Origin: Trichosphaerium sp. ATCC 40318 | Taxonomy: Eukaryota; Protista; Tubulinea | Direction: 5' to 3' | Length of the DNA: 64,000 nucleotides | Assembly (NCBI GenBank): GCA_038496445.1 | Contig: JALMLS010000064.1 | Coordinates: 124,001-188,000, forward strand | In this document: piece after piece, positions 50,235-62,944 of the stretch | Numbering within the stretch: position 1 is the stretch's first letter | Layout of the letters: every line of letters begins with the position of its first letter | The notes under the pieces: generated by a model | The model's database searches: none | Told to the model about the DNA's origin: nothing | The model's input: the letters and a program-made list of their open reading frames with translations, nothing else | Position numbers and translations under genes: made by a program

Positions 50235-51856
50235 TCAGGAAGAGTAAGGCCCAGTCACGGAGAGAGATGTGTCGTATAAATCAGACAAGTAAATGGAATT
50301 TTTGTCATCAATACTGATAGTGGCGGTGTCAGGCATCATTTCGGCTTGAATCGAAAACAAAGGAGCCCATTTATCTCCAACATACAAAGAATCAAAAGAG
50401 CCTATAGCAGTGCCTAATTCTTTGCCTTCAGAACTGGTAAAGACATACTTGAGCGTGTTAGCTTTTATATCAATAGTAAGGCATAGCGTTATCGAGGTTT
50501 CTGGCAATACCAGTGTTTTGGTGTACGGACATGAGCACAAATCCTTTAATCGCATGGACACGCTCTTACACTGTATCTGCTTACTCTGTTCCTTGTCATA
50601 TTTGCCCATGCCTGTGACATAGTAGTTTAGACCTGATAGGGTTACAACAGGGTTGTAATCAGGTAAATCCTTGTCCATGAGTTGTTCCAAGGAAGGTTCT
50701 TGATATTTCTCGCCTGTTGCAAGATTCAGATTAGTTTTTTGTTTTTTTGTAAGTAATAGTGGTACCATTCACGATTGCCTTTACGGCTGGTAGCAGAACT
50801 TTTTTGAATTTAGCAATCTCTTCTGTGTACATAGGACCAATATCTTTGTAAAGGCCATCTATGAGCATGGAACCACGCAATTCTTGTTTAATTGTGAAAT
50901 CCAGAAACTTGAAGTATCTTGGCCATGCAAAGCTGAACATAGATTCTCCCGTAAAACCACCTGCAGCTCTTGCCGTTAGTGCGGCTGCATAGTGATGACA
51001 TTGTCTATGAAAAGGATGAACGTACTATCGACCTTATCGTCCATGGTGTCACTGTCAATGTTGTACCGCATGTAATACTTTGCCATGAGTAAAATCGCAT
51101 TTCTGATGCTGTCTGCGGGTATATCTGGCATTGGATTCTGTAGTTGTCTTCCAGCGATAAACTGCAATTACATTTAAAACCCATCATTAATAAAAGTATT
51201 CGTTGGTACCTCCATGACGCATACAGTAACATACTTGCCAAGATAGGCAACAGAAATGTTGTCGACAGTTTCCACTTCTTCTTTAATTAAAGCAACTACA
51301 AAACAAGTCAATGGTCAGCCACTAAAAAGTCTAGTATTGCACCTAATGCCCTTTCAATGGTGGCAGCTTCAGACTAAACAACACTTAAAAAACGACTTAA
51401 AACACCTTAGCACCAACCTGGTCATCACGTGCAACTGATACCGGATTGCCCGCTAGCAAATCATCTACGCTGATACTCTTACACAAGGTATTAGCAAAGA
51501 GAATAGAGGAAGGATAAACAAGTCTTTGACACGCACTTTTATTTTGCCCTTGAAGTTTGTGAAAAAGTCCGTTAAATCGGCTATCTTTGCTGTAAACGAT
51601 AAACGTGGACATAACTGCCCGCTTACGGTATAGCGCACAAAAAAATTATGCTAACAAAGCGTAAGAGGCTAAACTAAGCAAATGGTTGCAATCTTACTTT
51701 AGGTATTGATTTTAAACCGTCTCTAGCCTCTATACTGACTCCGTAGTATTGTTTATAACGTTGAAGACTATCTAGCTTCGGATCGAATTGGAAAGGCTCA
51801 ACAACTGGCGCAGGTTCTGCTGCTACGCCTCCAAATCTCCCTAAGCGCCCAGCCAT
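50235..51856 (-). CDS. Hypothetical protein, possible degenerate SPRY/B30.2-like C-terminus (multi-exon)
   Basis: Spliceable exons from MAGRLGRFGG. C-terminal LTIDIKANTLKYVF...GKELGTA...WAPLFSI resembles SPRY end strands. Confidence 0.6.
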
Positions 51857-52547
51857 GTTTATAGTCGTAGTTGGACAACACAAATGGCTCTTTTTCAATG
51901 AAGGTCCACAAGTTAAAAAAACAGTAGATTTCGAAAAAATTACTTAAACCGAAAACCAACAAAGACCAAAGTTTTTTTTGTTTGTCAATTCAATTAATTG
52001 TTTATAATTGTGTATGTACAACACAGCCGATTACGGCTGATCTTATTAAATTAATATTTAGGGGATCTTGGCTAGAAGGCTAAAAAAAGGCGTTATAGCG
52101 GTTTTAATCAAACCATGTGAAAGATATTTGAACCCTGGACACACTCTTGTTTTTATTGAACCTAAACCAAAAAAAAATCCAAGTTAGTCCACGTCCAACC
52201 CACGGGAGTTGTTTGTAAGCAAACCAAATAAAATGAGTTGACGTACTTTTTCTTAAAACCATCTGAAGGTGTAATAGTGAACCAATACATACTACCTGGT
52301 GAGTACCTCTCACCAATATCTGAAATAGCTACCTATAAAAGAAATGAATTGACTGCTTGCAACTTGTATTTGGTTTAAGAGGACCACACAAAAGTAGACG
52401 TACTGAAAATGAACCTAAAACAGTTGGTACTTTCTTTTTATAAAATTTGACATGGAATGTAATTAGTTCTCCCATTGTCGCTGGTTCACTAAAAAACTCA
52501 AGTTAATAAGTATTTGACTTATTATCAGGCTTAAAAACAATTTAAGT

Positions 52548-55219
52548 TTAAACGTGCATTATAAATGACTGAGCAAAGTTTGGGCTGCTCATTTTTTGCA
52601 TTATAGTCCCGTAAGAAGCTCCTCTATGTCTCATTTCCATAAAAATGCCATCTTGAAAAAATGAGTTAGTGTTTCATTACAAAAAAAAAAACCAAAAATT
52701 GTTTGTGAGTGTGGTGTGTACCTATGCCGTCAAGTGTAGGTAAATCTTTCCCTAGGGCAATCACTACCCTCATTAAACCAGGTACTTCAGAAGGTGTGCC
52801 TTCTTGGGCTTTTTGCTCCTAGAAGGTTGTGTAAGCATAACAATCTTGTAGTGTACAATTTTTTTATGTACTTGTTTAGTTGTTGCAGCGCTTTTCATCC
52901 TTCGATGTTTCTTTTTACTGTCACTATGCACAGATTTTGGCGATCCAGGCATTGAACTTGATGTTTTACCATGTATACCAAAGCCGCGTGGATCTATGAT
53001 ATTGTGACCGTGCAGTGCGTCCTTGTCCTTTATGACAGCCTAAAATTAGGTCAAAACAATTAAAAAAAATCGAGTTTCTTCGACGGCAGCACACGTACGT
53101 CTATGACCGCTTGGTTAGATGCATTATCAGCAGAGCGTCCACTATCTATTGTGGCAGAACGCCACACTCTGTTTTTTCCAGTTGACTTTGATTTTGACAA
53201 ATAATCCTTTCCTGCATTGATCTTTCCCATCTCCATTTTAGGTATTTTAGGCTGTTTATGGCTTTCATGCAATGATCTTTCTTTCAACTTCTTCGCAGAT
53301 TTGCGTGTAACAAGAGCCTTTTCTGTACTATTTGCTCGGCTCTTTAACTTCTTTTTACGTGTTGGTGGCAACACTTTTTGTTCCATACGAGGTGTTGGAG
53401 GTAAAAACACTGGAAGTTGTTCATCATCATTCATTGCTTGATTCAAGCTAAATTGCAGGTCATCTAAACCTCCCAACTTTTCTTTCAATGATGTCACTTG
53501 ATCTCTATGTCAATAATGGTTAATAGAGGAAGAGATACACGAGTAAGTGAGACTACGTCTCTTCAGTACGTACAAACCAGTTGAAGGACTTTTAGGTGTG
53601 AAAGAATATCCTGTTGTAATTCCGTTTTCTGTAGGCTCTTCTACGTCTCTCTTCTTTATAGTAGAGAACTTAGTCATATAATTGACTTCCGCAGCTAGCT
53701 TATCTTCAAAGGCATCAGCCTCCGGCTTTACATTCTCATACTTTTTGAGCTAGACAGGTAACACATTAATCATTCTTATTTATGAAAAAAAAAAAACACA
53801 TGTGTTGGTAAGTTTAGGTTAGCGTACTAAATCCAAGTTCACATCTGGTAACCCTTGTAATGCAAGTTCAAGATCAATATCATGATTATGAAAATCAAAG
53901 TCTTCCTGAGCAAATCCTATTGAAGGTTCTAAAAAAAGAAGGAGCGTTAGTGAATATTGGGTAGAAAGTTGATTTTTTTTTGTTTTGTTGTACCTTGGTC
54001 ATATGACCTTGATCTTGATCTCGAAGATATTGGTGCTAACACTAGGCCTTCAGCAAGTACACTCAAGTCATTCATGAGATCATTACCCATGGACTTCCCA
54101 GAGGCCGTTGTACTAATCTGAGAGCCAGTTGAATCAAACGATGCTTCAGCACTATCTGATTTTTGTGTTGAGCTCGTAGTAAGCAAAGCTGCATTAGGAG
54201 CAACAACGGGTTGTGTCTTACTGATATTCTGCTCCCAAAGAGATATTCTATTCTGCACATTGTTTCGTGAGTCTGGAGGTGTTTCTAGGCCTTCCAGTGT
54301 TTTAAAATCAGGCGTCGATAGATTTGTACGCATCCCATTCGTATAACTGTTAGGACGTCCAGTTAGTGGGGTAACAAAGCGAAGAACAAAGTTTTTTCGT
54401 ACAACTCTTTTGAAACAGGCGCACTACCAACGTTTTGACTGCTTAATCCTCTTGAATTGTGTGATAGCTTAGAGGACGATTGTCGTGACCCAGGCGATTT
54501 TTTCCTACGGTTTCCAATTTTAATTGGCTTTGCTCTAGTCTCTGATAAGTCCAAAGACATTGATAGGTCGCTATCATGAAAGCTTTTCAAAACGTTAGCC
54601 AAAAACGTCAAGTGATACACGGCTATGGCCAAAAATACGATAAGGGCGTACTGTTTGTTAGAACCACGAGTGCTAGAGTCTTTACACAGAACGATTAGTA
54701 TTTTTTCGTAAACGGCAAAAAAAAAACCGTGACATACCTGATGAATAGTCTAACATGGACTCGAACTTGCCAGATTTTTTGCTTTTGAGCTTTTTCTTTT
54801 TGGGTGGTTTTATTTTCTTCGAGCTGCTACGAATTAGTTAATCAAGCCACCATTACGGTACGCCTTGATTAGTGGAATTTAAGTGCAGTATGTACCTGCT
54901 GGCTTGTTTTTTCCATTTTCGTCCCTTAGGTTGCATAATCTTTGCTGGGTGTGATCGTGGCGAAGGAATACGTTTGTCTACACCATTCAAATGTAACGCC
55001 AACTCCTTTTGCTGGATAAGCTATGAAAATAAGCGATAACCTCACTGACACCAGTACCTCATCGTTTGTTGCAACCGTAGCGCGTCGCTTGCGTTTCCTA
55101 TTAAATAATTACACCGATTCGATTACTACCATTCAAATGTCACTATTGCGCATTCTTACGCACCCCTCTCCTTTTAGAAGCTTTTTTTTGCGCACGTCCT
55201 TAATAGATTTAGAGCTCAT
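52548..55219 (-). CDS. Hypothetical Ser/Lys-rich, largely disordered protein (multi-exon)
   Basis: Chain of minus-strand exons separated by GT-AG introns (ORFs 53060, 53947, 54363). No domain recognised. Confidence 0.6.
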
Positions 55220-55604
55220 TGATTAGGCTTCTTGAAGGACAAAAGGGACATATGGTTGCAGGAAGAGAAGTGGTGTAGCGTTACTATCCAAAATTCTACA
55301 AGAAGAAGATGGTTGATTTATTTCTTTTTTCGCTTTAGCGAATTGTACTTACGAGCAAGGTTATTTAGCAATCTTTCGGACACGGAGTTTTCTTTCTCAA
55401 CCTGAAAAGCAATAATTTCTTTTTCTTTACTCGCTTTACGCCTTTAACTGCGCTCTGCACGTATGGTTTTGGCAATGAACCGCAGGTGTGGCGTGTTTAT
55501 CCTTTTTAGGACAAAAGAATCGTCTGTACCGATTCAGTCAGCAGTAGTGCACTGGCCAACATAAAAAAATTAGACAGTTTGTGGAATATTTGTTTAGAAG
55601 TTGT

Positions 55605-56510
55605 CTACAATACATTCTTAACGAGGTAATCTAACCCACCGACAACAGCTGCTACTTGAGCGTTGGTGCAGTCTTCATCGTTAACTTTTGGGCTGTCTGG
55701 GTATACTTCGGTTGTAGTGGCGTACTGAGCGTTTGTGAACCCCATACAAAGAAAGACGCTCTTGGCATCATAGTTTACGACGCCTTCTTGTGCAAGTGGC
55801 TCTCCAATAATATTGCCATCCTCGTCAGGGAGAGCAATATGCGTTACCTTCTTGACAGAGGCGATGACTGCCTTTTGAAACGCTGGCACAGGATTTTTGG
55901 TGTCACCGACTGTGTAGAAGCCATCTGGGATCTCGTCTGTGTCTGGTTCTGTGCCATCACGAGCAGCTTTAGCAGGTCTGAATTCGGTGTTATCAGTGTC
56001 GGTTGTTTCGTGTAGATCAAAGTGAACTAACACATCCCCCAATGGAAGTACAGCTTTCATTACGTTCGCTGCTTCCTCACAAGGGCTGTTTGGGTAGAAT
56101 GAACGATTTGGATCAACGGCGTTAGGGTTCCATCGGTTGATTGTTTCGTAACCCCATGGGCTAATACAAGGAGCAACAACAATATTAAAGTGTTTGCTGT
56201 AGCCTAACGCTTTTGTCTCAAGGAACCGCATAGCGCCGTGTACACCGCTTGTTTCGTAACCGTGTACGCCTCCTGTGACAAGCAAAGTTTTTTTCTTGGT
56301 GTCCCAGTTCCTCGTTTTGGCCAAGAACAACGGATATTTGTCTGAGTACGATAGCGCACCGTATTGCTCAACATCAAAAGATTTCTTCCAGCCCTCTACG
56401 CGAGAGAGTACATCATCCTTGTACGAACGTTTAATCGTTTGTTTTTCTTTCCAAGCGAGCCTTTCAGCTGCTCCCCAGCCTTTTTTTGTTGTTTTTTGTT
56501 CAGTAGCCAT
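55605..56510 (-). CDS. M14-family metallocarboxypeptidase (AstE/AspA-like), intronless, bacterial type
   Basis: Single 906-bp ORF with GGVHGYETSG (HxxE), INRWNP..VDPNRSF, FDLHETTDTD and TTTEVYPDS. Confidence 0.92.
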   Translation of the reverse strand: MATEQKTTKKGWGAAERLAWKEKQTIKRSYKDDVLSRVEGWKKSFDVEQYGALSYSDKYPLFLAKTRNWDTKKKTLLVTGGVHGYETSGVHGAMRFLETKALGYSKHFNIVVAPCISPWGYETINRWNPNAVDPNRSFYPNSPCEEAANVMKAVLPLGDVLVHFDLHETTDTDNTEFRPAKAARDGTEPDTDEIPDGFYTVGDTKNPVPAFQKAVIASVKKVTHIALPDEDGNIIGEPLAQEGVVNYDAKSVFLCMGFTNAQYATTTEVYPDSPKVNDEDCTNAQVAAVVGGLDYLVKNVL

Positions 56511-56621
56511 CTTAGTGATATTTTTCAACATTTTTTTTGTTAGTAAGTCATTTCGGACTTAAAAATTAAAGTGTCATAAAAAAACTCGACTGTACAATGT
56601 TTATTTACTCTCTCCCTTATA

Positions 56622-58679
56622 TCAATAACCTTTACACATACCAATTTGGTATGTAGTAAGCGTCATTTGTTTCCAAGTACGCCTTAAAGGTACAATATTT
56701 CCCTTCTTCAAATTATCGCGATACTGTGATCCAGTGTGCATAGGATCGTAGATCAATAATGCAATATCTCCATTCTTACGGTGCTTATCAGCCCCTATAA
56801 TAGTCCTAGAATGACCATTTTGTTGAAGGTAAAGAGGTGGCATAAAGGCCTAAATAAAAGTTATATTGTGAAACAAAAACGTTTTTTTTTTAATCACCTT
56901 TTCTTGACTAAAATAGTCCCATGCATATTGAAATAATCTCTCGTGCTTTTTCCTGAATGTAGTTAGATAATGTGAACATGATAAATTTATAAAAACGCAC
57001 TCTGGAGGCTTGGAGTTATCAGCAAAAAAGTCTTCAAACCGAACTCTGGAAAATAAGTTAAAAACAGCAAAGTGTTTTAATATAGCCACATACGTTACTC
57101 TCCATTTCTTGAGCAAGACAGCATATTCTGTTGTGCCAATAAACTTTTTTGTATTATACAGCTTGTTTCCTAGAAGTCCAGCACCAACTTTGTCAAGACC
57201 ATCTTCTTTCCAACATCGTTCAATCCATTCTTGGATTGCCAAAATATTTGGTATATAACTAAAAATTAACTTTAAAATAACGCACGTCAGAGTTATATTA
57301 CCCGCAGCCACCAAAGATATACTGGCTGAAAAGCTTATGTTTCATAAGATATGAAGCCACCATTTGTATATTTCTGTATCCACAGCCCCATCCACCATCT
57401 CCATGCCCGTATCCGTAATGATCTATATGTCAATATGAGCCCCAAAAAAAACACATATGAAGGTACAGTACCTGCATAAGGACACAAGTGATACTCATAA
57501 TCGTTGTACTTTTTATAAAACTTCCTTACATAAGGTATTATCTCTAATCACAAGTCAGCCATGCCACTGTTGAACAAATAAAAAAATAAATAAAAAGCCC
57601 ACGTGCGTTCTGCAGGTGTAACAGACTCTGTATCTGCATTCCACTTAGAGTACTCTATGTCATTCACAAGCTTCTTGGCTTTACGTTTTGTCATCTCCCC
57701 TCGCTCTACTGCCTCCTCTACAGTCCGTTTATATTGTCCAGTGTATCCTTCTGCCATGTATGGATTTTCCTAGCATAAATTTTAATACTTATTGGTACTG
57801 ATAAAAACTGGATGAGCGTTAAATATTCAGCCTCCTTTGCGCGAAATTATAGTGGGCGTACTGGCTCTTCAGGCTCGCTCGCGCCGCCTGGCCCTTCCAT
57901 TCCTTCCATACCTCCCATATCACCTTGTACTTAAATAGAGTTAGTTACCACAAATACAGGTTTAACCTACCAGGTGCGCCAGAATACTCAGGATTTGGCC
58001 CACTTATTTGGGGATAAGGTACCCCAGGTGTTTGGCCAGGCATACCACCAAGAGGGCCTCCTGGAGGACCATAACCAGGAGGTATGGCAGGGTTTGGAGG
58101 TTGACTGGCGTATGGTGGTACAGGGCTGCCAGGATGTGGCGCTCCTTGTGGATACGCTGACTGCTCTTGAGGTGGGATTGGTGGCTGGACGCCATGAGGA
58201 TCCGCTTGAGGTTGTTGGGGATCACGTGGTCCAGTTGCATTAGGATCTACAGGCTGTTGTTGTGCGCCTAGCATTCGAATGAGACGTAAGGGATTAATAA
58301 ACCTGAAAAAATAGGAACTTGATCAAATAAATGTTGTTTGCGCTCTCTTACGCATAGATACCTGCTAGATGAGGTTGAGGGGGAGTAACACCATTTTTCA
58401 CCATTTCTTTTATAATTTCGGCTCTACCTAAGTATTCTTTCATTTTTAGGCGCACTGTGTCTCGTTTTTTGGGGTCTGACTCCTCTTTGTACCAAGTCAG
58501 TGAGCTAAACCAGTAAAAGTCGACGAGGTACCTGATAGAGTGCCGATCAATAGCTCACACGCTTTTTGGTAATAAAAGAAGGCTGGTTTGAATTCATGTT
58601 TGTGATCAAACTCTATTGCTTTGAGAGCGTATGTACTGGCGTGTCTATAACGGCTCGCGAGGCCAGCTCGTTTATCCAT
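56622..58679 (-). CDS. ZUP1: MIT domain + Pro-rich linker + peptidase C78 (ZUP1/ZUFSP/Mug105-like deubiquitinase; multi-exon)
   Basis: MIT A..YALKAIEFD...AFFYYQKACELL...KEYLGRAE. C78 motifs DGGWGCGYRNIQM, IQEWIERCW, KKFIGTTE, PPLYLQQNGHSRTIIG, LIYDP. Confidence 0.85.
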
Positions 58680-58775
58680 TACGCCTGTTAACGTGTTCAG
58701 AGAAATTAAGGACTTGGCGGTTGACTTGTAGCTTAACTGCTTAACGAATCTAGCCGTTTCTCAATACAAAGCAAC

Positions 58776-59508
58776 ATGGACTCGAAGATAAAGGTAGCGC
58801 TTGCCATTGGCGGCATTGCGTTAACCGGTGCGATAATGTATGCTATATACCAGTTTACAGATACGAAACGTGACGATAATGAGAGTACGCACCGTGATGA
58901 AGTTTATTTAACATTTATGACAAAAGAGCAACCAAGTATAGCCAATAGACGTATCTTACGCGCTAGGAGCTCCAGTAACATGAAGAAACAAGAAGTAGAC
59001 GTGCCACCATTACCGGTACAACAGAATTTTATCAGCCTTCGCTCCGTTACATTGAGACTAATCAGCGTTATCAAAGGCATCTCGCGACTGGGTTGTGACA
59101 CAAAGTGGGGTACTCAATCATACCAGTCGGCGTCTTCTTACATTTTAAAGGCCCAAGATCCAGTCACTCCTCCCCGCAAGCGCTCAACCGATTCTGTGGA
59201 GGCAAAGGACGAGGAAGAGGAGCTGGCACGCAGCCAGGCAGCACTTCAAGCCAGTGTAAAACTTAGGTACACCAAATTGTCTTTCCCTCCTTACTAACGC
59301 CACTCAAAAGCGAAGACCACGCTCAAAAAGAAGCAGAAGAGATTAATAAGATCAAAGAGAAGAAGAGAAAGATTGAGCAAAGACAGCAAGTCGAAAGGAT
59401 AGAAAGTGATCAAAGGTAGGTTATTACATCAAACTGTACCCCTTGTGACACCTTCGTAGGGAAGTCAAAGCATTACAAAACTCTCAATGGCGTGTTATAG
59501 AGAGTTGA
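58776..59508 (+). CDS. Small protein with N-terminal membrane anchor and C-terminal coiled coil (multi-exon)
   Basis: KIKVALAIGGIALTGAIMYAIYQF hydrophobic segment followed by E/K-rich helical exons. Confidence 0.6.
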
Positions 59509-59820
59509 TCTAACAATGAAACAAGGGGTTGCTGCAACACTTAACCTTAGTTCTTACAAAGATATTCATTATTTACAAAAAAATCACTTCGCTTGGAAAT
59601 TTTTATATCAAAGCACGCAACCACGTGGTATGTTCATGGCTCAGAGAAGCTTGCACGTTTTTTTTGTCTCGTAAATAAAATGTTTGAGGCTTGTATAGTA
59701 ATAACTTGGGTTTATTGTACAAATGGTCAGTAGTCCTATTAAGTAAGACTCTGTAGCGAAAAGTGGATGAGCCGCTAGAGTTTTTAACACTCATTCGGTT
59801 TGGCTCAACTAGTTTGGCTG

Positions 59821-60532
59821 CTAATTAACTGGTAGTGTTGCAAGGCCTTGTAGGGCGCTTGCAGCTTGGTGTAAAGTATGTTGTGATATATTTTCACAAA
59901 GTTCTCCTTGCTTGACCACTGTAGCCAATGTGGCCAATGAAGGGCTGGCACTAGGTGCCTTTCGTGGGTAGTAACCAGTAGATTCTTGTTGAGATCCAAC
60001 AACGCCTTTAAAAGACAAAAAATAAGCATTCGAGAAAAACATGGTGATAATGACTTGAAACTCCAGGTTACGTACTCGTAGTTGCTTTCACAGGAGCATC
60101 AGACGTCTGGTTATTACGAGATTGATTAGATTCCTCTTCAACGCAACCGTGGCGTTTTTGTAGTTGAAATAACTGCGCTTCTTCAAGTAATTTAACGTTT
60201 TCAGCGTACACGTGGGAATACATCTGTTCAAGGCGCGAAATATAGTTGATTGCTGTGTCCAGAATTTCACTTTTGCTCTTGCGTTTACCATTTTCCTCGT
60301 GAGGTAGTAATGCTGCGAGCTGCTTTATATTCTCGCTTATAGTGTCTCTTCTCCGCTTTTCGGACAGGCTGTGCAGTTTTTTGCGTGTTTCTGATGTATT
60401 ATCTCCGTAGCCATTACTGGAGTGTTTTCTAGATGGTTTTAGAAACTAGTGCAAGGCATACTCTTGAAAAACGTGCCTCTTGCGCTTTTTTGTGTTGGTG
60501 CTCTCTTTCTTACTAGTTGTTACGTTTTGCAT
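59821..60532 (-). CDS. bHLH transcription factor (group B, E-box binding; multi-exon)
   Basis: RKKLHSLSEKRRRDTISENIKQLAALLP...KSKSEILDTAINYISRLE, read from 60220-60385 on the minus strand (absent from the ORF track). Confidence 0.88.
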
Positions 60533-61118
60533 TGCGAGAAGTGGTTTTAGAGGTGCGGTATATCGGTTTTACTTAAATCGCACAAGATAAGCTGGGGTGT
60601 AACTAAAGCGTTGTGTATGTGCTTGTAGACCTTGCAAAGACAAAATTAATGAAAAGCGGTGGAATCTTGACCAAAAAGCAGAAAAGTGCGCGTTTCTATC
60701 ACCAGACATAGAATTCTGTTACAGCAAACACTGTATACACCTCACACCAAAATAACAACCCACGTGAACAAACACAACGTGGCTACAGCTACTGCAATTG
60801 TCACAACGAATATAAAAGCGTACGCGTCTGCAATAGCACATAACGAAAAACAAAGTCTGTTTTCTACTTGGTTACAACTTTAATTACAACCGAATCCCCT
60901 CTACGAAACACAGTCGTATGTTCGTTGTCTAATTATAGAAGCACACAAACTTCAAAGTACTTTGGAGTTTTTTTTTTTTCTGGTTGTTGGACAATAAAGC
61001 ACAAAGGTGAAGTCGACTTTGTTGGCTTTTTGTGAAAAAAAAAAGTTGAAAAAATTGATTGTTTGTATTTGAGTTTGTACATTGGTTATTGGTTGTTCCA
61101 TAAGGACAAGTTGACAAT

Positions 61119-62837
61119 TTACATCATGGGTGCTCCTGGTACCATCGTGTCATTTAAGAGCATTGTACAATTCTGAGCCATTGCGACTACGTCATCCTCA
61201 CCGTCACCAATAATTGTCTCTAAAAACCATCTAATAACAAATGATAATGAGCATTCAAAAGTGCCAAGGCATCAACAACTACATTCAAAAAAAGTAACGA
61301 ACCCAATAAGGAAAGCAGCACCTGCTGCAGCGGCACCATTCAAGGATACAAGTAAACCTGCAGACCACCATGATTGAGAACCAAAGAAGCTCTATAAGCA
61401 GAAGCGTTAATAAAATACATTTTTTGGTTTACTGAATATCTGCACGTACAGAAAGTGCACCGAGACCGAACAGCGTAAGGAGAGTCAATGCAATTGCCAA
61501 TCCAAAAACACCATCGACTGCAGCTTTAGATTTACCTGATATACCTAGTGCAGCAATGTACACAAGCTAAAAATAAGAGGTAAGCGAATACTGCAAAGTT
61601 TTTATAAACTTGGAAATTAAATTTCTGAAGAAAAAAGTCTGACTTACAAGAGGAATCACACCGAAAGTCAAAAACGAAAAGAAAGTGACAACACCATTCA
61701 TCATTGGGTTTTCATCACCTGGTGGCATGATACCTAGCTCTTCTACCATCATAGCTAGAATACGCGGTTAGCAATCGTTCAATTATTAGCTAGCTTTAGA
61801 GTGTTGGACGAATGACGTACTGTCAACAAAAATATCATTATATTTCATCATCGTGTCTATAATTGTTATAGCGTCTTCTGCCTCCATTCCTTTATCAATG
61901 TATATGTCAATCATCTCCTTTCGTTCATGTGCTCGTAAATTAAGCGTTTCACTATTGAAGGAAAGAACAATAAGTAATTGTACACAACGAAAAGAGTAAC
62001 AAAGGGAAATTTTGGAAATGAAAGTTGACTTGATAGTTGGTTCGTCCGAAGAGTATTCGCAGTAACATGTCTACTGTGGTACGTACAACATTTCTCTCTT
62101 TCTCTCCTTTTTAGCATGCTCAAGTTCAGCTCTTTCAGATAGATAATCACCAACACCCATTGATAGACCATCAGCAATGAGATTGGCAAACCTGTATTTA
62201 AAAAACAAATTCGTTATGAAACGTCATTTTGAAAATTCTTTCAAAAAAAGCAAGCGGGCAAATACGAAAACCAAAGAAATATTGAGCAGTTCAGTCAAAG
62301 CAATACAAAAACTGACAGTCGGTTGCTTCTTACCCGAAAATGAGTACAAGATTAATATTCAGTCCTGCTCCTGCTACACTTGCTACTACCTTTACGGGAG
62401 AAGTCAGGGAATTGGTGGGGGAGAATGTTACAACAAACGTACTGCAAATGTTGTAATAATGCCGTCTAGTCCACCAAATACGATAGATTTGATATAGTCG
62501 GCTATGGCACCACATACACCAGTTCTGCGCGCTCGTTTAAGCATGTATTTTGGTTTTTACGCGCGTACTGGTGTTTTTCGAATAGGAATGGTTTTGAGGA
62601 ATCTTCTGAGTCTGCGTCTTCACCTGGGTCAGAATATGAGTCTGATGACTCTCCTCGTTCAATTTTTTCCATTTCCTCCTCGTCAGAACCTGAGGGGTCT
62701 TTTACTGTCTTTACCTCCTCCTTTTTCTTGTGTTTTTTGCGTTTCTTTGGCTTCTCTTCAACAGTAATTTGTTCCTCATCAGAAGACTCCTCTTCTGGTT
62801 CACGGATAGCGTCCTGTTCATCACTAGTGGTTGACAT
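61119..62837 (-). CDS. VIT1: VIT1/CCC1 family vacuolar Fe/Mn transporter with acidic N-terminal extension (multi-exon)
   Basis: YIKSIVFGGLDGIITTFAVVASVAGA, FANLIADGLSMGVGDYLS, EMIDIYIDKG and MMVEELGIMP...GVVTFFSFLTFGVIPL. Confidence 0.93.
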
Positions 62838-62944
62838 ATTGTCGTTTATTAGTTGCACCGAAATGTGAAACTCGCTTATTGGAGCAGGATGTTAAGGCAA
62901 AGCGGACAAATACCACACTAATTTAGAAAATCGAACAACTTTGG

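Noticed and set aside
56510-56640. Possible splice fusion of the C78 gene to the M14 gene (TACTAAC...AG just before the M14 ATG)
   Set aside because: C78 ends naturally (YQIGMCKGY-stop) and is followed by AATAAA. A fusion cannot be supported without cDNA.
61952-62085. Longer-than-usual VIT1 intron with a small stem-loop (possible IRE or snoRNA)
   Set aside because: No CAGUGN loop and no C/D or H/ACA boxes. The stem is only about 5 bp.
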